From Octopus vulgaris (Eukaryota): a DNA stretch of 64,000 nt. A model generated the notes under the pieces. The model was not told the DNA's origin and did no database searches. It saw only the letters and a list, made by a program, of their open reading frames with translations. Shown piece after piece: positions 1-13,237 of this stretch. The DNA is taken from contig OX597824.1 in the NCBI GenBank assembly GCA_951406725.2, positions 84,754,001-84,818,000 on the forward strand. Direction: 5' to 3'. The translations under genes were made by a program, and so were the position numbers. Position 1 is the first letter of the stretch. Each line of letters begins with the position of its first letter.

Positions 1-645
1 AGGTGAAAGATTTTTTATAGATATAGTTGAAAGCAGAAAGAGGGACGATATCTGTTGTGTAGGTAGGCCCAAGTCGGATCTGATCGAGCAGACCTATGAG
101 CAAAGGTATTCCAGCTCGGTCCATCCAGTTTTTTTTTCATTCATTCATAGTGTCCTTTTATATGCCAACGACACTTATCTATCAGTCATCATCATCACCA
201 TCATTCTCACCGAGAAGTTCGAGGGAACAGAACGGCCGTGTAGCGGCGGAAGGGGTGTCTCTGGAAAAGTGATGATAGGAGAAATTTATGAAGAAAAGAA
301 AAGAGAGAAAGATAAACCAACAGCTATGACTTTGAAGAGAGGAATAAAAAAAAGTGAAAGGTTGAAAAGAATAACGAGGGAGGAAAGAAAGAGAAAAGAA
401 GTTGTGTGGGGGAAAAGAGGAGGAGGACAATGCGAAGTGTTGTGTGTGTACAGACATTGTTATAGAGTGTCGTACAACAGTTGGTTTGTATTATGAAATA
501 GTGTAATTGGTGATTGTGTGGGCAGCGATTATTTTCGTTGCAGCTGAAGAAGTAAATTTATTAGATGTCGAATGATGATGACGATATTGAACCCTAGGTC
601 AGACCTGGTTGTCCAGACATCTCAACCGTGGCTGTCCGCATTATA

Positions 646-867
646 TACAGAGTGCGGTGAATATATTGTCTAAATTACGTAAAAATGAAAATAATACTGA
701 CAGGAGTGGCTGTGTGGTATGTAGCTTGCTAACCAACCACATGGTTCCGGGTTCAGTCCCACTGCGTGGCATCTTGGGCAAATGTCTTCTACTATAGCCT
801 CGGGCCGACCAAAGCCTTGTGAGTAGATTTGGTAGACGGAAACTGAAAGAAGCCTGTCGTATGTATG

Positions 868-898
<31 letters not shown>

Positions 899-1884
899 TT
901 GTGTGTCTGTGTTTGTCCCCCTAGCATTGCTTGACAACCGATGCTGGTGTGTTTACGTCCCCGTCACTTAGCGGTTCGGCAAAAAGAGAGACCGATAGAA
1001 TAAGTACTGGGCTTACAAAGAATAAGTCCCGGGGTCGATTCGCTCGACTAAAGGCGGTGCTCCAGCATGGCCGCAGTTAAATGACTGAAACAAGTAAAAG
1101 TAGAGTAAGTATCTCATTTTAACAGATATATTTACCAAAATTACATAAAAATATCTTGAAATACTAAAGAATAAATTTTATTAGACGACTTTGGGATTTC
1201 CTGCAACTCTTCTGTACGATCTCCTTGTTTAAGTTGGTAAATGCTGCCATAATTTTTGCCTTCAGTTCATCTTTGGTGTTACAAGGTGTTTTGTTGGTCT
1301 TCCTTGATTATTATAATTAAGGTGGCTGCAGTCTGGCGAGTTGGGTGACCAGGTGTTAGGGATGATATGGTCGCAGAATTGCCTGACCGTCATGACTGGA
1401 TTCTCCTGCTTGTGTTGCATGAGGCAAAGTCCTGTTGCCTACCTTCCCCAGGCACTTGATGTAGGCCTCCGTGTTGAGTCTGAGGCCGTGTGGGAAGATG
1501 AATGGAAGCATAACGTCGCCATCACTAGTGATTACTTCAAACTAAAGGCTGGGGGTGATTACTCCAAGCACCATGATGTTGACTGGATGTTTGATTTTCA
1601 TCACTCTCGGTACATGTCCTCAGATTGCATTGTCCCAATTGGCCCCCAAACATTCTCAAATGTTCCGGCGCGAGTGCCAAGCAGTACAGCATGTCGTTTC
1701 CAAATCTCTGGCAGAGTGAATCGCGTCATGGTGTTGTTTTTCTCACAGATCCTACTGTACTGTATAATAAACAAAATCAACTGATCCTACTATGTAGTCC
1801 ACAAAATGTAAGTCCACAATATCAAAAACAAACAATGCACATGCGCGAAATTAGAAATATAAAATTACAATTTACCCATCGCAC

Positions 1885-1889
<5 letters not shown>
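646..1889 (-). mobile_element. Decayed Tc1/mariner DD37D (maT-like) DNA transposon, interrupted by a SINE A
   Basis: Minus-strand fragments read HVPRVMKIKHPVNIMVLGVIT, VITSDGDVMLPFIFPHGLRLNTEAYIKCL, QQD and NTWSPNSPDC, with frameshifts. Imperfect TIRs: TACAGAGTGCGGTGAATATATTGT at 646 and the reverse complement of 1866-1889. Confidence 0.8.
701..1105 (+). mobile_element. SINE family A (tRNA-like head, CORE-like CTTGGGCAA motif, internal microsatellite), full length
   Basis: Head with GGTTCAGTCCC B-box-like motif, central (TA)n(TG)n, 3' end GGCGGTGCTCCAGCATGGCCGCAG..TGACTGAAAC. More than 12 copies in the window. Confidence 0.9.
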
Positions 1890-1915
<26 letters not shown>

Positions 1916-2167
1916 TGTCGAAGTCAAGTCATGACCAAGTAAAATCACTTCCTAAGCTCAGTAAGTCCTTGCAAATATTCCGAAAGACGAAGTGCCGTTC
2001 ATGAATTCGTTTTGAAAGTCGTGGGACCGACTTTACATACATACATATATACATACATACATACATACATACATACATACATTAATAAAGATAAGTTTAA
2101 CACATTAAATTACCGCATAACATCTTCATTAACGCCACCACTGAATTTAGGACGTTTATATTACTTA

Positions 2168-2562
2168 CTAGCAGTATCGCCCGGCGTTGCTCGGGTTTGT
2201 AAGGGAAATAACTATATAAGCATTTTTAGAGAGTTATAGCCAAAAATTAGCAAAAAAAATGCATTAAAAATGGGAAAAAATGATGGTAAATTTTTTAAAA
2301 TCGTTGACTCATCGTAGACATTTTTAGAGAGTTACTTCCCTTATATAATAGCGAAAAAATGCATTAAAATGGGAAAAAAATTATGGTAAATTATTTTTAA
2401 AATCGTAGACTCATCGTAGACGCGCGTTAATACCCAGAAGGGCTCGATATGAATCACGACTATAAGATACCCGCTTTTGGTTAAACTGCACCGCAAAATG
2501 TGGGAGTAGTTAGGAATCTAAATCGTAGGAGACAGACACACAACTTGACTTTTATATATGAG
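2168..2562 (-). mobile_element. Non-autonomous Helitron
   Basis: Reverse complement of 46958-47361; 3' GC hairpin CCCGAGCAACGCCGGG followed by CTAG|T. Confidence 0.8.
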
Positions 2563-3253
2563 GTATTCTTCATTTTTTAGTTAGAGCGTAGTGGGGTTTC
2601 AAGGGGGTGGTACAAACCTAGCAATATGTGTTTTATAGTGAAAACAAAATTTCCATATAAATGGCAATTACCGGGCGATTTTCTGTTCGAGTCTAACCGT
2701 TTTAAGTTGTAATGGAAACGCGACCTATACTGCAAATAGGCATACGAATATTGTATAAATTTTATAACTGAAAAATTTACTATATTTTGTATATACGGAT
2801 ATACCAGCCTGCAGGGCGCAATAAAATGAGCTGACGGGGGTTTCCACATCCCTCTGCTCTAGGTAGAGATTCCATTGTTAGCTAGTCAGATGTCACATGT
2901 CAGATGATGTCACAGCTGTTGTAACAGTGGAGTGAATGGTATGTGATATTTTAGGCAGGAAGTAATCGTTTTGTACAGGTGTTTGTGACCGACTAATGAT
3001 TAAGCACAGGACTGGCTTACGCTTATGTACATTGATGGAGGTGTGCCATATTTAACCACCCACCCATCTGTCCATCCATCCTTCCGACGGTTGCTGATTC
3101 CCGAGTCATTGTACGGAAGATTTTTTTATGCGGGTGGAGACTGGAATTTTATTATGCTTTATGGTGCGTATTTGTGTCAAGTGATTCAATGTGATGCGAA
3201 TATCATTCGAACTTCGAGCCGGAAGACACTGAAGCCCAAAATTATGCAACATC

Positions 3254-3311
<58 letters not shown>

Positions 3312-4223
3312 TGCATGCGTGTGTGTTTTACTGTATACGATAGTTTTTGAGTGTGTGTCGACTTAACGACTTTTTTTTCGTGTGTGCAGGAGAAGCGTAG
3401 GATGTTTCTGTACAAGTTGTAAGCGAGAAATAATACTGTTGAAACTAATAAAACGTCTACGGTTACGACCAATTGCGATGTATATGTATGATTATAGCCC
3501 AACCCTAGATATTACCAGGGTTAGGCTAGAAGCACATACACGAGTCGATCCCATTGAATAATGGCTTATCATTAATAATACTCTAGCGTCATTTTTTTTC
3601 TTAAACTCGGTGATTCGAGTCAAACATAAAACGTCTCCAGATGTTGTGGTTTCGTAGGAGTGAATTTCAAAACACGATGTAAGTTCGCATGTGCTTCAGA
3701 TTATCCCAGAAACATGTCCTTGAAATAGATCAAAAGCTCAACCCTCAGAGTGTGGCATCTGATATTTCTGTCGTATCATCAACATGTTTCCGACTTCATT
3801 CATTTGCACTGAGCTAAGATGCTGTTCGCCCAGATGCTACACAGCATATTCGAAAGTTGTGATTCGGAAGCTGTGGTGGACTTGTACAGTGTCCAAGTTT
3901 TCGCATCCGCATAACAAATTCGTGAATACAGCCACTTTTTGGACACCAGTGGTGTTACTGTTTATGACAGACACAAAGTATCACGAAAGAAAGTATCGTT
4001 CTTGGTAATTTGCCACCAACGAACACTAACGGTGAATTAGTGCAGCATTGGTGTCGATGTCCCAAGAATGTTAACGACCAAGTGAAAGGTTTTATTTGCA
4101 CAGACGAAGCTAGAAACGATGTACTAATCATTTGCCTTCTCTGTCCCACAAGGTGTTCGGGATTAATTCTACAGTTAGCATAAAAGGAAAAAAGAACAAT
4201 ATATCCCATCCAAAAATGAAAGT

Positions 4224-4529
4224 GTGGAGGCACATGCCGTAGTGGTTAGAGCAGTGGACTCGCGGTCGAGGGATCGCGGGTTCGAATCTCAGACAGGGCG
4301 GTGCGTGTGTTTATGAACAAAACATCTAAGCTCCACGCGGCTCCGGTAGAAGGTAATGGCGAACTTCTGCTGACTCTTTCGCCATAACTTTCTCTCACTC
4401 TTTCCTCCTGCATCTTGTAACTCCCCTGCGACGGACCGGCGTCCCGTCCAGGTGGGGAATTATACGCCAAGGAAACCGGAAAACCGGCCCTTATGAGCCA
4501 GGTATGGCTCGAGAAGTAACAAACAACAA
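4224..4529 (+). mobile_element. SINE family C (tRNA-Arg-like head) with tail T1
   Basis: A-box TAGTGGTTAG, B-box GGTTCGAATC, (AAC)n end. 13-bp TSD CAAAAATGAAAGT at 4211-4223 and 4530-4542. Confidence 0.9.
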
Positions 4530-4544
4530 CAAAAATGAAAGTAT

Positions 4545-5289
4545 TTTTTAAAATGGGAAAAATCAACTGGATTAAGCCTGGGAGATAACAGGTTACTCAA
4601 AATAGCCGCCCTCAGCTTCCACCACTGCCTCAAGACGGCTCCGGAAACTGGTGGATGCGTTCATCAGTGTTCCTGGGAAGATCTTCGAACACCTCTTTCA
4701 TCTTGGTCACCACCTCGGCCTTGGTGTTGTAGGAAGAGCGGTTGGTGTCTTTGTCAGCTGTGCCCCACACATACTAATCCTTCCGATTACAATCGGAGAA
4801 ATTAGGAGACCAGTAATTGGGGCTGGTGAAGTTATAGACATTCTCATACAACCACTTCTGACTCTTTCCAGCAACAACCCTCTCTTGCAGCTTCGCATAG
4901 CCGTCCGAATTGAGCCTACGACCCTGCTCAAAGGTGTGGAGCAGCATGACGTCACCCTCACTGGAGGCACACCCAAAGACCATCACAATTTGGGGGAACT
5001 TGGTTCCTATTATATCCATGTCACGTTTTGCAGCCTTTACAGCGTTCACAGAGCATTGAGCAGTAGTCAAGATGCCGGCATTTTGATACTCGGCGCGAAT
5101 CATTAGGTAACTCTTTTCCAAAATTCAGATGACTTCCAGTCTTCCATGTCAGCTAATGTTTCCTCATCTATTACTACAGCTTTAATCTTTATGCTCTTCA
5201 ACGCTGTAGGTTGTTCACCAATACGTCAAATTGTTCCTGAAAAAAAGAAGACATAAAAAAATTGTTAAATTCAACCCGAACATCCTGTA
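4545..5289 (-). mobile_element. Second decayed DD37D (maT-like) transposon
   Basis: ORF 4774-5121 contains MVFGCASSEGDVM..FEQGRRLNSDGY..WSPNFSDCN, followed by YVWG after a stop; homologous to the 646-1889 element. Terminus CATCCTGTA near 5289. Confidence 0.75.
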
Positions 5290-6295
5290 TATTGACAACC
5301 ATCAGAAAATAGTAGATTTACTGTCACTCTGCTGATTTTAGATTTGGAGACAAATTTCTCGGGTGAAAGAAACAACTGCAAAATCAGAACTGGATATCCC
5401 CACCATCTTCCAGATTACAAATGCAGCTTCACTCATAGCTGAGAACAATCCCAAAAGAATAGGCTTTAAAATATATCCCTTCAATATATCACGCGTTGGA
5501 GAGGGAAAAGTTGTCAGAAGTTCACACCCTTATTAGACGGTGGTTATCATGGCGTCATGGAAGGGTTCAAATTGTATTCTTCAATGGCCTTTATTGTTCC
5601 AACATAATCCTTCGTTCTCCTTAGTCCTGCTTCGAGATAGCTCCTAGTCAGTTTCCGGCAGTTTTTTTCTCTGCTGGAGAACTACTACATAAAGTCGGAC
5701 CAGTACACGGGAATTATCTCTCCTGCTTCCATGTTCTCGGCACATCTCCAGCCTTTAATTATTGTTTTTCACACACGTAGTTGTTAAACTTGGAGGGCGG
5801 TTGACATTTCCGGATTAACTTACGAACTTCATGATCAGACGGTGCTTTAGATGTATTGAGGGAGTCAACAATGTCACACAACAGAGAATCGGCAGTAATT
5901 GATACCTCAGACAATTCAGGAACTTTACCTGGCATTTCAGATAAGGGTTCGGTAAATTTACCTGGCAATTCAGGTAACCCAGAAACTTCAGAAATAACAG
6001 GAACTTCACCTGCGGTGACAGTAGGAATACGAGGTACTACTATTTCGGCTAACCGGGTTGGGAACTTCAGACGTTCATCTACATGTTGTTGTAACACGCT
6101 TTCACACACTCTCGCTTCAATATTTATAGCCCCCAATCGTCGGGTTATAGGGTTTTCCACCTAGTGTTCATCAGCTCCAAAAATTTCGTATAAGAACCCC
6201 ATCGTCTTTTCTAAATGTACGCGTTGGATGTAATATCTTGGTCTATTACTGCTAAGTCAGAACTGGACATTTGTTCCTTCTCAATCCATGCCTGA

Positions 6296-6973
6296 TTCAT
6301 AAGGTCCGGTTTCCCGGTTTCCTTGGCGTATAGGTTCCCCACCTGGACAGGACGCCGGTCTGTCGCAGGTTAGCTGCTAGATGCAGGAAGAAAGAGTGAG
6401 AGAAAGTTGTGGCTAAAGAGTCAGCAGAAGTTTGCCATTACCTTCTGCCGGAGCCGCGTGGAGCTTCATCATCATCATCATTGTTCGACCGTGGTCGAGA
6501 CAATGGAATTTACCATGCTACGCCAGACTTCACGGTCCATCATAGCATTACGGAGGTCCTGTTGCTGGATGCCTGTATCCCTGGAGATTACATCAGGGTA
6601 GGAGAGTGTGCGCCCTCTGGTATCGCGAGCAGATGGCTTCCAGAGGAGAGGAGTAGAAATTGCCTCGTTTTCAGCTCTACAACAATGTCCAGCAAACTGG
6701 ACTCTCCTACCTTTCACAAGAGATGACACAGGTGGTAGTTTCCCATATATTTGCATTTTGGTTGGACGCTTCCACGAGAGATTTTGAGCTCTGATAAGGA
6801 GGCGAGTGTATGTTCCATCCAACCGCCTCTCAAGCTTCTTTGATAACGTCCATAGTAGAAGTGGAGCTTAGGTGTTTCGCTCATAAACACACACATCGCC
6901 CGGTCTGAGATTCGAACCCGCGATCCCTCGGCCGCGTGTCCGCTACTCTAACCACTAGGCCATATGCCTCTAC
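6296..6973 (-). mobile_element. SINE family C (tail T1) split by an RTE LINE insertion
   Basis: Reverse complement of 4224-4529 in two pieces, 6296-6466 and 6861-6973. Confidence 0.88.
6467..6860 (-). mobile_element. 5'-truncated RTE-clade LINE 3' end
   Basis: ORF 6478-6822 contains DGTYTRLLIRAQNLSWK..RRVQFAGHCCR..DREVWR; (TGA)n tail; 9-bp TSD GTGGAGCTT at 6458-6466 and 6861-6869. Confidence 0.88.
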
Positions 6974-8377
6974 AAAACTGGACGTCCCCACCATCTAACA
7001 GATTACAAATGCAGCCACAATCATAGCCGAGAACAATCTAAAAAGAACAGGCACAGAAATACATCCCGATAATATATACGCGTTGGAGACGGAGATTTTT
7101 TCAGAAGTTCATCTCCTGAGTAGACAATAGTTATCGTACTGTCATGAAAGGGATCAGATGATTTCAACCATTTTATCCGGCATAACCAGCTTGATGAGTA
7201 ATATTCAAAACGAATTTCTGGAAGAGGAATCACGGACTTAAGTTAGATTAACAAACAACATGTATAAGTTCGTTCTGTATTCCCTGACTTTTCTTGGATC
7301 TGGCACTGATCAAAGGTCACGTTGACAGTGCTATACTCTAACCTAAATCGGATTGACTTACTTTCTGGATGGACAATGTCTATAAGGTGGGTTCTCATTC
7401 AATCAAGGATGACAAAAATAGAAGCTAATAAAAATAACGCCCATGTGAGAATCTGACACATTGTTCTCACTTGCATAGGAACACACAACAGAGACGTGTA
7501 TTTTTTCTGTATACTGTATCAAACAAAATAACTTTGATGTCTGATCAAGCGATCAACTCAGTACGTATATATTTAGCTGGGGCACTGTTTTAGCTTGGGC
7601 ACCATCTATTAAGATAACTGCAAAATAGCGAATTTGACTTTAAAAAGTACGAAGTACCACCAATTGGTCTGGTCTCTGCTGTTGGTGATTGACGTCTCTA
7701 AAATCATTCGTACGCACAGGGTTGAGAAAATGAACAGTTATTACTTACTCCTGTAATTTTCCTTCAATAGAATTTAACCTCATTATTATTGATATGATGT
7801 GCAACTTGGGGATAAGCACAAAAACCTTTTAGGAAAATATTTGCAATCCAAGCAATGTGAATTGTTAGACTACATCCTTATTTATTGTTGAGACTGCGAA
7901 TACAAGAAACATGCATTCGAACGCTTTGTCGACAACAAGCTGGTATGCTCAAAACTAACCCTGAGAGAGAAAAATAGTTGAATTCATCGGAAGTTGTATG
8001 AATGTCGTTGTGTTACTAACTTTATTTATGCTTGCAGATTGTGTTTGTCAGGATGTGCCGGGATAGGACATTTTAGATCTAGGTCAGTCACAACACTGAA
8101 ACTGCATACAAGCTTATCAAAGATGATTTGTTTGTGTGCTCTTCAGAACAGCCGAGTTTTAGTCATCGCAGCCATTACAGTCATCGGAACTGGTGAAACG
8201 ATAGTGAGTTTTCCTTATGGGATGTGCTTCCGACAGTATACAGCTATCATAGAGTCTGACTCAATGACCACAACGCTTCCAAAAAAATACGATACTTGAT
8301 AGCTACCAGAAATTCAATGCAGATATACCTTTCTGTTGCAGGGTGAAGAATGGAAGTGGTAATTTAGTGGTGTAATT

Positions 8378-8855
8378 GTTTCAGTTATTGAACTGTTGCC
8401 ATGCTGGGGCACCACATTGAAGGGTGTAGGCGAACAAATCAACCATAATACTTATTGTTTTAATAGCTTAATACTTATTCAATCGGTCTGTTTTACCGAA
8501 CCACTAAGTTACGGAAACGTCAATAAACGAAAACACAACACAAATACACACACATACAAGCACACACACATACATACATACATACATACATACATACATA
8601 CATACATACATACATACATACTCTTTTAAATGTTTCAGTCATTTGACTGCGGCCATGCTGGAGCACCGCCTTTTAGTCGAGAAAATCTACCCCAGGACTT
8701 ATTCTTTGTAAGCCTAGTACTTATTCTATCGGTCTCGTTTGCCGAACCGGTAAGTTACGGGGCTACACTAGAAAATACTTGTACAATGTGCCGCGCAGTG
8801 GGACTGAACCCAAGACCACATGGTTAGGAAGCAAGCTTCTTAACCACACAGTCAT
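8378..8855 (-). mobile_element. Two partial SINE A copies (one older, one younger)
   Basis: Two 3' ends, GTTTCAG..GCCATGCTGG, at ~8378 and ~8632; head remnant at ~8790-8855. Confidence 0.75.
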
Positions 8856-8867
8856 GGTTATATATAT

Positions 8868-8898
<31 letters not shown>

Positions 8899-9091
8899 AA
8901 GGAGGGGAGAGTGAGAGATAGATACACAGAGAGGAAGGCAGATAGACAAACATTATTGTACTATTATCACCTCGACATTTGAAAATAGTATTACAGTCGC
9001 CCAATATACTTTACCGTCTGCTGTCAATCCAATCTCTAAGTGGAATCGTAGACTGCTTTAAAATTGTTATAGCGTCTTTTCTATGTTATGA

Positions 9092-9144
<53 letters not shown>

Positions 9145-9688
9145 ATTATATGGTCTATTAAGGTCAATCCGGGATCCGGGACGCAAAATTTTTTTTTCTC
9201 ACGAGAGCTCCGGACCCCAGTTATGAACTCATTTGCATACAGCCAATCAGAGCTCAACTATCGAACTAATTCATGAGCACATAACAAGTGATGAGCGATA
9301 AATGTTTGTTGTTCTTGCTTCAACCATGGCTGCCTCTGCGTAGTTATTTGTGTTGTTGTTTACTTTGTAAAACAGTAAGGGGAGAGGGTTGCTAGCACAT
9401 CACCCTCTACCTACATTTTCCCCATCCGCATTTTTATTATGTGGGGTCCTAACAAAATCCGATAATAGGTATAGATGCAAATCTATCTAATTACTTGTCT
9501 CCTTCCAAAATCAGGCATAACTTGGCGATCGGTCGACTTACAACCAGCGTCCTTCGTCTTGAGTTTATTTGTGGTTTACCAAGAGGTTGGTTGCTTTTAA
9601 CATATTCACGAGTGTTATGTTGGGTTTTTGGTCCAGGCATAACCTGAGAGCTGAACAGCACCTTTCCTTTCACACTTTTTAAACAACA

Positions 9689-10210
9689 GGCGCAGGAGTG
9701 GCTGTGTGGTAAGTAGCTTGCTTACCAACCACATGGTTCCGGGTTCAGTCCCACTGCGTGGCACCTTGGGCAAGTGTCTTCTACTATATATTTCTTTACT
9801 ACCCACAAGGGGCTAAACACAGAGGGGACAAACAAGGACAGACAAAGGGATTAAGTCGATTCCATCGACCCCAGTGCGTAACTAGTACTTAATTTATCGA
9901 CCCCGAAAGGATGAAAGGCAAAGTCGACCTCGGCGGAATTTGAACTCAAAACGTAACGGCAGACGAAATACGGCTTCGCATTTCGCCCGGCATGCTAACG
10001 TTTCTGCCAGCTCGCCGCCTTCTACTATAGCCTCGGGCCGACCAAAGCCTTGTGAGTGGATTTGGTAGACGGAAACTGAAAGAAGCCCGTCGTATATATG
10101 TATGTATATGTGTGTGTGTATGTTTGTGTGTTTGTATTTGTCCTCCCAACATCGCTTGACAACCGATGCTGGTGTGTTTACGTCCCCGTAACTTAGCGAT
10201 TCGGCAAAAG
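9689..10210 (+). mobile_element. SINE A (3'-truncated) interrupted by a SINE B
   Basis: A head at 9689-9788; the element resumes at 10019. Confidence 0.88.
9789..10018 (-). mobile_element. SINE family B (tRNA-like head, Meta/MESC-like central domain)
   Basis: Central GCCTTTCATCCTTTCGGGGTCGATAAATTAAGTAC resembles my recollection of the Meta-SINE domain. 11-bp TSD CTTCTACTATA at 9778-9788 and 10019-10029. Confidence 0.88.
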
Positions 10211-10663
10211 AAATTTTTCCATAAATCAACTATCGTAAAAATTTTATACGATGATATTTTCTGTGTATGTGTGTATACCTTAAAAGACGTCAATCACGAC
10301 ACACACCTTCACTCACTCTCTCTCTCTTTTTCTCATTCTCTTTGTCTTTCACATACACACGCGCAAGCACGCACGTACGCACACGCGCGCGTGCGTACAC
10401 GCACACACGTCCATTTCATATATCTTCTTTCAATTTCTGCTCTCCGCAAATAAATTTTTTACGGATACAACTGCTTACAAAAATAGGGGTTAATGCATAA
10501 TTTCTTTCTATGTTCATAATTAAATCAATGTTTTAATGATTAGACAGAGGTCCAGTGGGATAGCTCTCAGAAACAGACTATGTACAAATACGTCAATCAT
10601 CACGAAAACACACCTTCATTCTCTCACTCACTCTATCTCTCTTTACCACGCGCAAGCACGCAT

Positions 10664-10731
<68 letters not shown>

Positions 10732-10945
10732 ACATCCATTTCATACAGATGGAGGCTCCCATCGAAACAGGGGACCCGAAATAATAAAGTTGAGAAACGC
10801 TGTTATAGATTATGACTAATCGAAAACGATCACAGCCTCATAATCCAAACAGACCAAGTGAAACCGGGCTTAGCTGCTAGTATTATATAAACCTGTGTTT
10901 ATCTTTATTTCACCTACATACACACACATACATTTTTACGCTCAC

Positions 10946-10947
<2 letters not shown>

Positions 10948-10976
<29 letters not shown>

Positions 10977-11311
10977 TGTATATATGTATGTATGCATGTA
11001 TGTATGTATGTTTGTATGTATGTATGCATGCATGTATGTATGTATGTATGTATGTGTGTGTATGTGTGTATGTGTGTGTGTTTGTATGTATGTATGCATG
11101 TATGCATGTATGCATGTTAGTATGTATGTATGTATGTATGTATGTATGTATGTTTGTATGTATGTATTATGTATGTATGTATGTATGTTTGTATGTATGT
11201 ATGCATGTATGCATGTATGCATGTATGCATGTATGTATGTTTGTATGTATGCATGTATGCATGTATGTATGTATGTTTGTATGTATGTATGCATGTATGT
11301 ATGTATGTATG
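10948..11311. repeat. Degenerate (TATG)n microsatellite
   Basis: Visible directly; source of the MYVC/HTYI pseudo-ORFs. Confidence 0.95.
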
Positions 11312-11317
11312 TTATGT

Positions 11318-11778
11318 CAGGTCATGTAACCAGGTACAACCTGTTGCATGGTCGGGTTGAAAACCAAAACCCGTCCAAGGGTGGAAGAACTCTTGAGAGT
11401 CAACGGCCATCCAATAAATGTCTTAAGGCTGTATCATGCGCGGGGACATAGAAATAATCGGACTGAATACCCGATCGCGCGGTTAAACCATTGGGAGTGA
11501 AGGACTCCTAGCCTTTGTTTGGGCATCCTTTTTGGAAGAAGGTAACTCAGGTAACTTGGATAACTCCGAGATAAAACCTGCGACTCAGTGATTACCGATG
11601 ATGTTGACTTGTTCTTCTTTTCGGATTATGGCTGCTGTTGCTTAGTGAGTGGGATTGACTCAGTGCACAGCCTTTCCTCACTTTAAAAAAAATCTTCTTG
11701 CACAGGCATTGCACGATAACAACATTGATTAAGCTTCGTGCAATGGCCATACTCGATAACGAGGGGGCAGCCACCATG
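11318..11778 (+). mobile_element. Unclassified GC-richer insert within (TATG)n, possibly derived from a LINE 5'UTR
   Basis: Flanked by TATG repeats on both sides. Hairpins CGGGTT/AACCCG and CATTGCACGA/TCGTGCAATG (11707-11745). Single copy in the window. Confidence 0.35.
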
Positions 11779-12093
11779 TATGTATGTTGGTAGGTGTGTA
11801 TGTATGTATGTAGGTAGGTATATAAATATATTGCAAATATCATTTTTAACCATTTATGACCACACGCATATTGCTACATGTACAGTTTCCACTTACCTTT
11901 AAATAGCACTATCTATTATGAAGTGGTGAGAAGTTTCGTCGGACTTGTACAACCGTGCGCAATGACAAAATACCAGTGCAGAGATGTAGGAGATTTAAGA
12001 ACTTCCTCGGGGAAAACAGTTAAAGGTTACTGAACGCATCGAGCTTGGTTGACGAAATGTACTGCTTTTTGCTTGATTTCATATCATCTGGCT

Positions 12094-12136
<43 letters not shown>

Positions 12137-12814
12137 CATACATATACATATACTTAATATATGTATATAAGTATATGCGTGTTTATGTACATATATGTGT
12201 GTATGTATACATACATACATACATACATACATACATACATACATACATACATACATACACATAAACACGCAGGCACACAAGCATACATATGTATAAATAT
12301 GTATGTAGTTATGCACATGCATATATGTATATATAAATATGTATGAATTTATACACACACACACACATGTATTCTTTTATTCTTTATATAAATATATATA
12401 CGTATGTATGGATGTATGGATGTAAAATTTGTCATTGTTATGAAAATTAATTCATCGAGTTCCATCCCACAAGTTTTAAAACTAGGAAAACTCGTAAGGC
12501 GAGACTGTCAAGATTTTATTTCATTAATCGATTTTTATCGGTTGTAATAAATTGCCATTTATTTGGTGGTATATGGTTCTTTCTTTTTTTTCTTTTCATG
12601 TTAGTGATTCTTTCAGCGTTTTTGTAAACATATACCGTGCTTGTGTGTGTGTGTGTGTGTGTCACATTTATGCAAGCGTGTGTTTCACCTCATCAGTATT
12701 CCGCCATAAATACGACAATCTATGTTGATACTCCAAATATATACATTGTTCCCATTTATGCAAATAGTCAAACTTCGCAGGCTACACACACACATATATA
12801 TATACTCTTTCAGT

Positions 12815-13142
12815 CAGGAATTCTTCTTTGTAAGCCTAGTACTTATTCTATCATTGGTCTATTTTGCCAAACCGCTAAGTTATGGGGACGTAAACACACC
12901 AACATCGGTTGTCAAGCAATGGTGGTGAGACAAACACATACACACACACATATATATGTATATAATATATATATATATATATATATTTGACGGGTTTCTT
13001 TCAGTTTCCGTCTACCAAATCCAAGGCTTTTGGTTGGCCCGAGGCTATAGTAGAAGACACTTGCCCAAGGTGCCAGGCAGTGAAACTGAACCCGAAACCA
13101 TGTAGTTGGGAAGCAAGCTTCTTACCACACAGCCACGCCTGC
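12815..13142 (-). mobile_element. SINE A, 3'-truncated
   Basis: Reverse complement match to family A. Confidence 0.88.
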
Positions 13143-13169
13143 GTCTACCATATACTTATATACACATAT

Positions 13170-13237
<68 letters not shown>

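Larger units (their letters stand above)
5300..8320 (-). pseudogene. Heavily decayed Ty3/Gypsy pol remnant (RNase H, integrase, C-terminal SH3-like region)
   Basis: Minus-strand fragments in pol order: YFFGSVVVIESD (~8250-8290), LVVDKAFE (~7920-7940), RTFRKDDGVLIRNF (~6180-6225), and ORF 5759-6160 ITRRLGAINIEARV..QQHVD..RKCQPPSKFNNYV. Boundaries approximate. Confidence 0.6.
9150..10880 (+). mobile_element. Putative longer Helitron-derived element (3' end supported, 5' end uncertain)
   Basis: Ends GAAACCGGGCTTAGCTGCTAG|T, resembling the other Helitron 3' ends. Internal diverged direct repeat at 10288-10420 and 10590-10745. Confidence 0.4.

Noticed and set aside
641-937. Recurrent ORF peptides such as RQASFSFRLPNLLTRLWSARGYSRR and MRNWYLIYRPRKDERQSRPRR
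   Set aside because: They are translations of SINE A and SINE B; recurrence reflects repeat copy number.
2876-3535. Possible LTR (TGTTAG...CA with AATAAA)
   Set aside because: No second LTR, PBS, PPT or TSD identified.
4224-4300. tRNA-like sequences with A and B boxes
   Set aside because: They are SINE heads continuing into SINE bodies with TSDs and lack a proper acceptor stem, so they are not tRNA genes.
10895-11451. Long ORFs of MYVC, HTYI, IYIY, LSIY, poly-L/V/S/K type here and throughout the ORF track
   Set aside because: They are stop-free translations of microsatellites, not genes.
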